A stretch of DNA of 64,000 bases, filler included, from Sphacelaria rigidula (taxonomy: Eukaryota), in assembly GCA_964200075.2 (NCBI GenBank). It is 4 parts of 4 records of this genome, joined end to end, with 100 filler letters (N's around TTAATTAATTAA, not from the genome) between each part and the next. Parts side by side here need not be neighbours in the genome. Positions count along the whole stretch, not along the records: positions 1 to 15,941 come from CAXNAA020001546.1; 3 more parts are not named here. The stretch is one strand, 5' to 3'. How positions within the stretch are numbered: position 1 is the stretch's first letter; each line of letters starts with the position of its first letter. The position numbers were made by a program, and so were the translations under genes. The notes under the pieces were generated by a model. That model was given only the letters and a program-made list of their open reading frames with translations. It did no database searches and was not told where the DNA came from. Positions 1-11,700 of the stretch are shown piece by piece.

Positions 1-151
1 GAGATCCCGCGACAAACCCCACCCCTCAGATTCTCAGCGATACACACTCTGCATGATCCCAAACGAAGGATTCGAAGCGCGATACGCATCCTGTCTGGCA
101 TGCCGTGCCCGTTTCCTTCGAAATCTCCGCGTCGCGACTAGAAGGGTGGGA

Positions 152-779
152 TGTGACAAGAGGACCCCCGACTGATGGCCTTCTCACACGCCCATCCCAT
201 AATTTAGGGCACTGAAGGGTAATAATACGTTGTCTGGGTATAATGATCGTTGTGACGGCTTTATAGATGGGTCCGTTACGAAGTTAGAGGGCAGACTCGG
301 CCGACGTGAGGATTGAATAACAAGTTCTTCACTTGAGATGGACCGAAATATACCCAAGCATCGCACTCAATCTACTATTTCGAAGCACTCGTAAAAGGGT
401 TTGGCCGTTGTATTTGGGCAGGTTGCATCACCAAGGTTCCTCGGCAATGTTCCTCATGAAGAGGACTGAAGGCAATAGTATGCACGAGACAGTTGCAACA
501 AAAGCTTGTCTCGTCCGTATTGTCGTGTATGTCACGGCCCGTATCTCGCTGCGACCTTCCCGTTTGCAAACACAAACAGCGTACAGGCGAACTCTAGTAC
601 ACCCGCTCGTTCCGTGGCGTATCTGCACATCGCCCCTGAAAAGTAGCGCTTGAAGATACCTTAAGTGCAGGTGCTTCCGCGAGACGAAAAAACATGATAA
701 TAACCGCACATCACCCACCCCGCCTCTCCCTACATATACATATATATAAATATATATAAATAACCCCACCTGTATCACA
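152..779 (+). mobile_element. Putative 3' LTR of an LTR retrotransposon whose body lies upstream of the window
   Basis: Purine-rich GAAGGGTGGGA (141-151) directly precedes TGTGA (152), and a matching TCACA ends at 779. No second copy seen, so boundaries are inferred. Confidence 0.45.
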
Positions 780-1152
780 CCTCACAGTCGTTCCCTCAAG
801 GTGGAGGATCACAGCAATCGGATGCGAATGCAGAGGAGTTCACGGAGGTGAGTAGGAACCAGCCTTGCTCCAGTTACTGGATGCACACTCGCTGGAGCGG
901 GCTTGCACAGTCTTGAACTTTGAGATGAACGTATTGTAATTGTCTTCCGGGTCGGCCTCCTTCAGACTTCCGGTATTTCATTCGAGACGACAAACGCGTG
1001 GTTTGTGAAAACAAACTACCTCGCCCCTCTCGAGCGGTACAGCAGGGTCTGCCTGTACTGTATCGAGTCGCTAGTGAGGCCGCTCCTTTTAACAGACAAG
1101 CATCAAACCCTGAAAATGTTGCTCACCTCCCACATATAGGGTTAACTCAAAG

Positions 1153-1245
1153 TGAAATAAAATATTTTCGCGGCAGTCGGGATTATGGCCGTGCGTTTGA
1201 AAATCGCCCCTGGGAAAACATCGAGGACCCACCTGAAATCAGGGC
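1153..1245. repeat. Diverged copy of the MITE-like family at 39514-39696
   Basis: GATTATGGCCGTGCGTT...GAGGACCCACCTGAAATCAGG aligns by eye to the reverse complement of 39520-39605. Confidence 0.6.
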
Positions 1246-3748
1246 AAGGACTATCGAATGGGGCATGCGCTGTATGACTGTGCTGCAGCACAATAACACT
1301 CATGGTCTGTCTCGTGTGTTGTAGGTGTCGCTGCGCTGTGGCGTCTTCAGGCCTTTGTGGAGACGGTCTGATCTCCGCCGGAAGTGCCTGATTTGCTGAA
1401 ATTATTGTCGACACGCAGTGCTCTCTACACACAGTTGAAACTTTCATAGGGGGTTGGCTGTTTCGTCTCGAGTCGAAGGAATAAGGCTCTCCCCAAACCC
1501 ATCACCTTCCCCCTCAGATGGGGTTCGTAAAATATCTCTGGAGGGATTCGAAAAGTCTGGTGGGCTTTGCGGGGTTCGTAAACTATCTGCCTCTGCTCCT
1601 TGCCCGCTCTGTCCCGATGACTTTAGGCATGGGAAAAATACAGAGGAGCTTTCTACCTTCATTTTTGCATTTTGTTTTCGTGTTTTTAGTGGATTTTTGG
1701 GGAGAAACGAACGTTTCTCTAAGTCCTTATCTCGATGTTTTGGCTCAATTTTTAGAATTATGACTTGAAACTTGGCACGGAGAACCATAAAAGTGTTGCG
1801 AATAAAAAACAAGTGGGACTTCATTTTTTAAGTTTTTGTCGTAGAGGTTAGGTTGTTCTCGTGAACAAATGGTCTTCACCATACTAGAACGCCCTAAACC
1901 TGTGAAAAAAATAGTTGAAGAACTGACCTTTTGCTGGACCACACTCTTGATTTGCCGCGCCCTTGTTCTGTTGTCATCGTCCTTTTCTGCCCTACATCGT
2001 TCGCCGGATATCCCGCCCAGCGCTGTGTGATTTCTTGTTGTAGACCCTTGCGGACAGTTGACAATTGCATCTTATTGGACAGGTCGGACAGTTGATATTA
2101 TATCTTATTGGACAGATCCAATCACGCCGCTTTTATCTATGGCGAAAGCGACTATACCCTTTCTCCTTGCAGGACGTTGCACTTGTGTGCCGCTGCTGTG
2201 TTAACAGCGCGGTGTCTTCTCATCCTTGACACTGACTGCTTTAGCGCTTTCGTTCACCGCTTACAACCACGCTTACTTTTTCGGTGCGACAATTGCGTAG
2301 TCGCGACTGCCGCAGTAGTAGTTGTGATAGTAGCGACCGCCGTTCCAGCGTTCGGAGGACTGTAGTGCACACTATTTGTTCTTCCGCGCGACAATCTGCA
2401 CAAACACAATTAACAAATTCGGTGATATACGTCTCTCATCGCCCCTCTCATCAGATTTCTATCACACCTCAGCCCCGCTTCTACATTTTTCGCTGGGTGA
2501 GCACTACGTGGTCAACGTTTCACCTTTGGGTCGTGCATTCCACGACGCACTTTTCATCTTTCGTGCGTGTACTGGTGGATATATTTTTTTTCTTTCGCGC
2601 GGATACTACATACACAGTTTATTTTCCCTTTTGGCCTTGCACTGAGTGTTTCACTTTTTCCTCTTTGATGCTCCACTACCTGGATCGCTTTACGATTTCT
2701 TGATTTCTTGTTCAAAATTTCGTATCCCCCTGTAGTCGTTTCAGCTTGGCGCCTGATCTGCACCAACAATTAGTGCTTCAGTCGGCTGCTACAGCTGTCT
2801 TCTCTTGGACTCCTGCACTTGAGTTCACTATTTCGCACCTTTGCCGCCGCACTTTCTTATTCTCTTTCTGTATTGAATTTCACAGATATTTGCACATCGC
2901 CTCCCTTTTAGCAACGGGTTTTACACTGGTATTGGTGCCTACTTCCGCGGTCTCGAGTGGTGTTTTTCTACACCTCCTGTGTGCGGTTTTCAATTTGCAC
3001 CACTGAAATACCCATCTCCAGCGTGTGCCTGGCCACTACGTATCCCTGTCATATTTGACGTGTACAGTGCGCCCGTCGGACATCTGTCCGGGTGTCTGTC
3101 TTCTTTCACAGTCGCCTCATTGTTAGCTTTTGCTCTTGCACCAAACCTCTCGTGCGAGAACTGTTGGGTTTATCTGTAAATTTGTTCCCTTGAGACTATT
3201 TACATCAGTGTCACCCCCCTACTCCCCCATACACAGTCTCCTCTACAGGTGTCTTATTCCCGCCGCAGTTCCTCCCTTTTCGGCGTTTAATAATCTCCAC
3301 CTTTTTGCTCTGCTGTCTGCCTTTTTGGTACCTGGAATTGCCGAGATTAAGCTAATTGTTAGTATCACAGCAGTCTACTCTAGTTTCGTGTACCTCCGTT
3401 TATAAAATTCTGGAGGCTTTACTGCTTCTTTTTCTCTCGGTACTTACAATCTCCTGCCGAGTCTACACTACCTGCTATTCTTATACTAGATCTATTGTAC
3501 TCTGGTGTATGGCGTCCATTTCTACCTCTTCAATTTAATATGGCGCAGCCGCAGAAAATACATCTCCCCTCGGCCCTGCCTCCTTACAAATCTTTACGCC
3601 GTCAGCGTTTGCTTTCATCAATTCCTTCAAATCCCTTCACTCTCACATTCCCTGTACACGAAGAAGTGAAATCCGGCAGAGCTTCGGCCCTCCACTCTGG
3701 CGACTACACATCTCAGGACTTGGCTGCTAGTGGCGACCGCGACCACCA

Positions 3749-4113
3749 TTTATCCAAGACTTCCAACATGATCGTCGAGTCGCCACGCGCTCGCTCTGTT
3801 ACGAAACGCACACTGTCCAAGACTCCCCACATGATCGACGAGACGCTACGCGCTCGCTCTGTCGCGGACCGACCACTGTCCAAGGCTTCCGATATGATCG
3901 ACGACACGCTACGCGCTCGCTTTATCGCGGACCGACCACTGTCCAAGACTTCCGACATGATCGACGAGACGCTACGCGCTCGCTCTGTTGTGAAACGCAC
4001 ACCCTCTCGGAGTTCCAACATGTCGGACGAGTCGCCACGTGTTGCCACCGTCGTGAAACGCAAACCGCTTCAGGCTCCTACCGCGGCTATTGACTCACCC
4101 CGCGCTCGCGGTG
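3749..4113 (+). repeat. 63-bp (21-aa) tandem repeat, ~5-6 copies, in the 5' ORF of element A
   Basis: Units SKTSNMIVESPRARSVTKRTL / SKTPHMIDETLRARSVADRPL / SKASDMIDDTLRARFIADRPL / SKTSDMIDETLRARSVVKRTP, then two degenerate copies. Confidence 0.9.
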
Positions 4114-6321
4114 TTGATGAACGGCATCCGTTCATGCCTTCCGACGTTTCGGTACGTCGCACAAAGATTATGATGCCTTACAGCGCCCGCGGCGATAGGA
4201 CATGTATCGTGAGAACACTTCTGTTCACCAGCCCCCGCGGCGAACATCCTCCTCGCGTCTTGGCCGCTCCGAAGAGCCGTCCACAGGGTACCTACCGGTT
4301 CTTGAGCACTTGCTTCGTTCATCACCGGCCGTGATTTCTGACGGTCCGGCGACAACTGCCCTTTCACAAGCGCTTGCGGCCGCGTTTCACACAGCCGTTC
4401 AACATTCAACGTCCTCAGATCATGTTCACTTTGACAGTAATGTGAATCATCAGGCCTCTATACCAGCGGTTGCAGCCCATGATGACGAACGTTCAACCTC
4501 AGATGTTCCCCTTGATTTGGATATGGATGGTGATGCCACTGTCCACCGTGGTGATCATACCACTCATGTTCATGATGTACGTGCATTACTATCGGGATTA
4601 TCATCGACTACGGGATCCTCACGACCTAAATCTGCGGATCGGACCCATGTGAATACACGATTGCCCATGGATGACGCGTTGATTGACATCCCGGCATCGT
4701 TGCGAGACCGGCGCAGCACTAACCGTGCCCTTCCGCCCTACCCTGATGCTGCCACTGTACGTGCGGTGGAACGACAAATTGCAGATGTCCGTCGATACCT
4801 GCGATCTGCTTCAACCATTGCTCACACTCAGGGTCCGTCGACCACCGCTCCTATCGCGGCCGCTCCAGCTCCCGCAGCCGCCGACATCGACACGGATGCA
4901 GAAAGCACCGGTGTCACGCCCCACGCTCCCAGCGCGGCGGCGACTGCCGCTCCCGCCGCGACGGCTGTGGATGATACCCCCATCACTTCGCCGCAGGCTC
5001 CTACTGCCACGGACTCGGCTCCGGCGCATGCCCCTGGGTCTATCACGGACGACCGCCCCCTGTTGGGCATCGAGCATTGCCCGCCGGGCCTCCTACCCCG
5101 ACTCTGGTTGCGTGGTCCACGCTCCGATCAGGTGCAAATCTTAGCGGATTACGAAGCTATGCAACAGGACACGCGCTCTGCACCACCCTCACCCCACCAG
5201 ACGGCGGATGACGCTGCCAATCGTCTCCTTCTTGACGACCTCTCAGCACGCCTAACGCGCCAACATCAGGCCGTTGACTCGGCGACCAGCAGACAACACG
5301 CAGCCTAGGAGACCCTGAACGAGCGTCTCGCTGCCTTTGAAAAGATGCGCGACACCATTCACCGTGAACAAGACCGCCTGTGCTAATACACCGCGGCCAC
5401 GGCCACCGCCACCTCGGCCCTCCAACCCTTGGAACGGGAGAGACACCTTCCTCTTCTAAGGACCACGCCGACCGTGTCAGCGCCTGCACTTACCCCTGCA
5501 CATCCAGACTCTGCGGAGAACCGTCGGCCCTCGCGCCCATCTACCGCTACCGCTTCTACGGCTTCGCCTACGCGCACCCCGCAGGTCCCTCGGGCTTCGG
5601 CGCCCCCTGCCCCCACACCTGGGCTGCACCCTCAGGGCAGCGAACGCTGTTGACTTCCTTGGACGCTACGCCAACGTTCAGGGAAGTATAACCGCAACAA
5701 TGTTCTCAGCGCCTCTGAGCACGCTTGGCGCTCACTAACTCTGCCCGTCAATAGTGTGATCGTCACCTTCCTTCAGCAAGGAGGACAGCTCCCGCGCAGC
5801 GACCCTGGAGCTCCTCACTATCGAACAAATCGTGCCCTATCTCACGATTGGTACCGGGGACAGTCGCCATGCTTATGAGATCGCCGTCGCCGCCCTCTTC
5901 GCCGCTATGCGGGCAACCCACAACACGCTGCCACCCGACGATGATGGGGCCTGGACCACACTCCACCCCCCTCGCCACCGTCGTGGTGATGACGACTCTG
6001 ACGACGACCAACCCGACGCCGCACCACGCCTTGGTCACGGGGCCCACCGCAATACCAACAACGATCGCCTTACAACCAGGGGCAGCCACAAACGGTCAAC
6101 CAGGTTCATTGACTACTAGACATCGTCAATACCCCTCGACGAGATCCATGCGGCCCTCACCGGCCGTCAGGCAAGTGACGCCTCCTTTAGTAGCTGCGTC
6201 TGCTCGCCTATTAGGTCTCACGGATGGTGATAGTGACAATTTGGCTCGCCCATTGTCTTCCAACTCGGCTTGGTCACTAGCTGCCGCCGCCGCCGCCAAA
6301 CAATAAGCTGCCGGAGATAAA

Positions 6322-7849
6322 ATGAATTCCGATACTTGTAGAGAAGCGTCTCGTGTCGCTGCCATAAAGCGAGAGTACTTACAGATGGATTTTAAGAAAC
6401 TCTTGCATATCAAAATCATGCGTGCTGCAGACAATGACGACTCTGGCCAGTCTACGTCTGCTCTCATTCCCTCAATGCGTCGAACCATGCGCAACATCCT
6501 TGAGTTGGCCGATGCAACTGCTCAACAACGTTTCGAATACTCTGACTGGGTTGATGGATGACAAACACCGCTTCATACACGGGTGGCCACTGGGGTGCCT
6601 GTAACCTCAAATTCGGACGTTACAGACCTTGTGCAACGTCTGTAACGTCCATATTTGAGGTTACAAGTACCCCAGTGGCCACCCGTGTAAGGCTTTGCAC
6701 CGCTCAATCAGCCGTCGCTCCCCTGACGTTGTTGCCTCTTTGACGCAGATTCTCGACTCCTTCTTCGCCGCAAAGGATCAAGATTGTGCCGGCGGACAAA
6801 CAGCGCCGCTATTATTCAGCAATTTGGAAAGGCGTTTCATAGGTTCTTTTGATAAGTCTGATCAGGCAGGCGCCATCAAGTGCCTCAGTTCCTTCGCCGT
6901 GGCAACAGACGTGCCCTTTGCTGACCACGTCCGCGAATTCAAGCTATTGCTGTCAAATGTGACCGGTACCGGGCGACAGAATGGCCCTAGTAATGCTATG
7001 TGTCAAACATACGTTCGCAATAGTATCGCTCAGCAATTTCCGACGCTGATGCCGTCTTTGTTTCCGGGCGCTTTGACGCACAAAGAGGTGCCTTACGCCT
7101 CCATGGACGCGATGTGGACTGCGTTCGTAGATCAAGAACATAATTTGACGCCTGCCATCCGTGGCACACAGTGTTCTTCTGGGTCTTCGCAGACCCTGCG
7201 TGCCGCATCCGCGAGTACCTCCGGATCTCGTGGACGCCCTCACACTTTGTCCAGGAATACTTGGACACCCAACTCTGTCGGTGGATCGGTCATGTCTGTT
7301 CATAGCAAAAAAGACCCGTTTCGTGCAAGCTTCGACGCTTGGCCTTTTTCGGCAGACACTTTTGATGACGTTTATGTCATTTCCACAACCGCTTTCATCA
7401 CCGATGACCCACATTTGTGGACCCCCTTGTTTTCGCCTTCGGCTCGCAAGGATATTATTCGTCGCCATGTTAACACATGCATCAACTGCAATGGTACTGG
7501 CCACAGTATGCGTGACTGCCCTGAACCTTGCATCAATATTTTTTCGCTCATGAACCCTGAACTTCAAAGCAACAGGCAGGCGTGGCGCCGATGGCAAAAA
7601 CGCATGCGCGAGTATTGTCCACCTTCTCGCCACCATCGCCAACCTTATCACAATCAAAGCGACTCTCGCTCAAATCGGGACCGCCGCCACACCACCAACA
7701 CCGTCTCAGGTACTCGCCATAGAGATTGTTCTTTCCGCCCTTCTCAGTCTTCGCATGGTCATCACCATCGAACGGGGCCGACTCACGACAACTCAAACCC
7801 CAATACCAGAAACCCTGGTTCTTTCATGACGGATCGCAACGACCCATGA
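6322..7849 (+). pseudogene. gag: Gag-like core of element A with CX2CX4HX4C zinc knuckle (disrupted)
   Basis: CINCNGTGHSMRDC. WVDG and QFPTLMP blocks align with element C gag (WVDGW, QYPSLMP). Contains stops and frameshifts. Confidence 0.8.
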
Positions 7850-8799
7850 CACTCCGACGACGGCGTGAAGTCTTCGGCGCCGCCGACAGCAGAACCGAAG
7901 ACGCATCCAACACACACTCGGGGGACGAAACGTTCTCACCCAACACTATGTAGGAGATGTGATGACGGCCGTTCTTCTCGACCCCCGTCTTTATCTTCAC
8001 ACACACGGCGTAACCGTTGTGTTGACTCACAAACCAGCTCTATGCTTGGCTCCAGAATTGGTCCTCCGGAACTAAGTATAAATCTGAGGTGTGGGAAGAC
8101 CGACCGCGGACCTTTGAGGCACAGGCTTCCCTCAACGACCACACGCACCAGTTGTAGCAGACTTCCTTCGACTGGTTCTGGTGTTGATGGCTCGAAACTG
8201 ACCACTTCAAACCCTTCGACTCCTACCCAGCCTGATCGTAGTCGTTTTTCGCGCCACTCTTCTGCCGCGAAACTACCCCGACATACAGCGGACAACACTC
8301 GTCCCCTTTCACATTAAGCAGTACTGTTTGTACCGAGTCTGCCAGCGGATAGACCACAAGGTTCGGCCTAGCATGCCCCGATGCTGACAACATCACCTCA
8401 ACTGGACGCAGTTGCAGTTTCCCAAGAAGTCATGGAAGTTCCCAGCCATTTGTCACGGCATGAGAGGAAACCTCGTCGTCATGCCCCCAAGAAAGCGCGA
8501 GTATTGACACGCCCCCCTCCCGTCAGCGGAAAACTCCGACCTCATTCTCCCCCAAACGCGGCGACTTTGAGCTCGATGACATTGCCAGCATTTAAGAGGA
8601 ATCCAAATCGGACCTTCCAGACGGTACCACATCCTCCACCCATGACCCCCGTAACACTTCGCAGCAATCTCTATTCAATGATGACCCTGGTACTTCCACG
8701 GCAGTCATCTACGAGATTGATCAAAATCCTGATTCACGCTGCCCTTCATGATCAGATCAGACCCCCGCGGATCACCCGCCATCCGTTTTTACGGACAGT

Positions 8800-11700
8800 T
8801 CATTTAGTCCTGACCAATTTACGTTATCTGAATATGGCCCTGACCTTGTTGGTGGTAAGGTGTCCGTTGATCCTGCCACCTTCACAACTCGCGTAGCATT
8901 ACACTGCGGCCCTTACGCCACCGCGCGCGCCAAGTGCATCTCGTTGTTAGACAGCGGTAGTCCACAGACATTCATCAAATAGTCCATGGGGAATCATATG
9001 AAGCAGACTAGCGCTGCTTCCGATGTCTGCGGAATCATCACCCAACCTCGCGTTTGGGGCGGTTTCGGCGACTCCAAAACATCCTTGACGACACGAAAAT
9101 CTGTTCGCCTTAGTGCACAATATTGCCACAATGAGACACGTTCGGCTAGTCTCGCAGCCTGGGCTTACACCGTCCCTGATAGCACCATGCATCATGCTCT
9201 CCTTCTTAGCAGAGATAGCTACATGCGGTTCGACCAACGTACGTACCGCACCCTCCAACCATTATCGCCTCAGTCGGCGCCTCGTGGAGAATTCCAACTA
9301 GAACACTTTGGTACTCAATGGCGCCTTAGCCTACACAAAGAATGAGCAGGCTACGGGAGCGACTTACCACCTTCGGTACAATGACAGTTCTGGCGTCACC
9401 CTTTCCGATGAGCCTCAACTCTTAGAAGTTTCGCTTGTTCGCCGCAACGGTATGCCTGCCCTCACCGGCCACTACCTTGCGGAACTGCTGCCTAAAGTTG
9501 GCGCGCCCGCTGACACTGAGCATTTTGTCTCGGACGGCGAACAACTCCTGCCTCTCACAGGCCATGCTAATCTGGAATCTGGCGCCTCCTCTTATGCACA
9601 TTCCTCTGGATACCTGTGTAGCCGGCCCTCCGGCGCCTGATCCCACGCCGCCGACTGATGGTTTTGTTCACTGCGTTGATGAGCCATACTTCAATCTATC
9701 CGCCTCACCCCCGACTCGGATTTCTGTGGTGGAATCCGACCGCCCCCCTGCTGAACCTCCTGATGGAATGCTTCAACGCTTATCGGTCGAGTCTCGGGAA
9801 CAGTTCCTGCAAATGTGGCACCAACTTCCACCCCATTTGCGTGATATCCATTTTGACCTACATGGTCCGGGCTGGGAGCTCGCCGTCATCCAAGAGCTAC
9901 AAGATCTTCTCCTCGAATATCAGGACAGATTTTCACGATCCAAGACGGATCTCGGGCATTGTAAAACATTGCTATTCGAGATCACTCTGCAACCTGGCGT
10001 TTCGCCAATCTCATCTCGACCATATCGAACGAATCCTCTCCTCACCAAAAACGTCAATGCTATTTTGGATGCATACTTATGAGCTGGTCTGATTCAACAC
10101 TCGTCTTCGCCATGGGCCTCACCACTCGTGGTTGTCCCCAAAAAAGATGGCAACATACGCATCACCGTGAATTACAAACGGCTGAATCGCGTCCCTGTCG
10201 TGGGAAAACTCCCCATACCTCGCATCGACGGAGTCTTCGAATCCTCTCGGCGAAGGAAAAATATTCAGCACTTTTGATCTTGCATCTGGATTTTTCCAAA
10301 ATGCAATTCACCCCGATACAGTTTCCTTGACGGCGTTCTGTACATCTTCAGGGCTTTATGAATGGCTTCGTATGCCACAAGGCGCTGCCACCGCACCTGG
10401 CTGTTTTTAACGCCTCATGCAACGCGTTACTGACGGTCTCGAGCATGTTATCATGTATCTGGACGATGCTATCGCTTTTGATGCCTTTCCCAAGGCGCAT
10501 GTTTGCACTCTACGGGAATACCTCTCCCGCTTGCGCACACACGACAGTGATCCGACCCATCACAGATTTATTGAAGAAAAACGTCCGGTTTGCCTTCACT
10601 AAAGACATGGAAGCCACCGTCCGCGAACTGCTCAAAACTCTGACCGAAAAACCGGTTCCTTGTTTTCCGAATTGGGATGCGGTACAAGACGGCTCACGTC
10701 TTTTCCAACTACACACCGATGCTAGCACAGATGGGTTCGGCGCCGTTTTCAATCTGCCTCGACTGGATGGCTCTGTCCGACCTTTCTCGTACATTAGCCG
10801 CGTAACCCTCCCGAATGAGGCAACTGGAGTCCACTCGAACTAGAAGGCGGAGTCATAACCTGGGCTATCAAACGGCTTCGACAGTACTTGTTTCACGTGC
10901 CTTTCCACATCTATACAGATCACGGAGCTCTTGAACAACTCGCCAAGGCTGGAGAACGTAACCCCCGCGTGCAACGGTGGCTGGAGTTCTTGACTGCTTA
11001 CCAGTACACAGTTAAACACCGTCCGGGAAAATCAAACGGCAATGCTGACCTTATTTCGCGATTGCCTCTACCCCCTGCAGCGGTAGATTTCAGTCCCGCT
11101 TGCCGCTTGACTGAACCTGACGAACCAGGCGTCTACCCAATTCGGCGTTTTTCTACGCCCATCTACGCCGTTGACCTGCAATGCCCTGAAACAGGTCTGC
11201 ACATGTGGGGGCGCCGCCCTCTGCCCCCTGATGCAGTTTTGGATGGCTTAGCGCCCACAGCTGATTTTTCCGACTTCCACACTTTCGGCCCTCGCGCAAA
11301 CATCTCGGCGCCGCCACCACCAACTGTTCACCTCACCTCCGACACCATACGCTCTCGGTCGGCAGCTCGTGCAAATTCTTCGCGTGCTGTGATGCCACCA
11401 CCGCCGCCGGCCGCTTCTAGCAATGCGTCGCCACCGCCGCCTCGTGCCCCCACGGGCCGTACCACGCCTCCAAAACCCGGCCGCGTGTCCAATGTTGTAC
11501 CAACACCGCCCGCACCCCTTGTGCGCCCAACGCGCCGATTGTGTTCACCAGTTCGCGCTACCCCCACGCCGCCTTCTGGGAATCTCCCAGCACCTGCGCC
11601 ACTGACTCGTGCTACACATGCGTCAGATCCGCCCCTGGATCAAGATGTTGACGTCGGCACCCCTGCTTCTTTACCTGTGCCACCCCCTCCTGAGCCACCA

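Noticed and set aside
3749-4113. Regular repeats as a CRISPR array
   Set aside because: Contiguous in-frame 63-bp units with no unique spacers, no cas genes, and a eukaryotic context.
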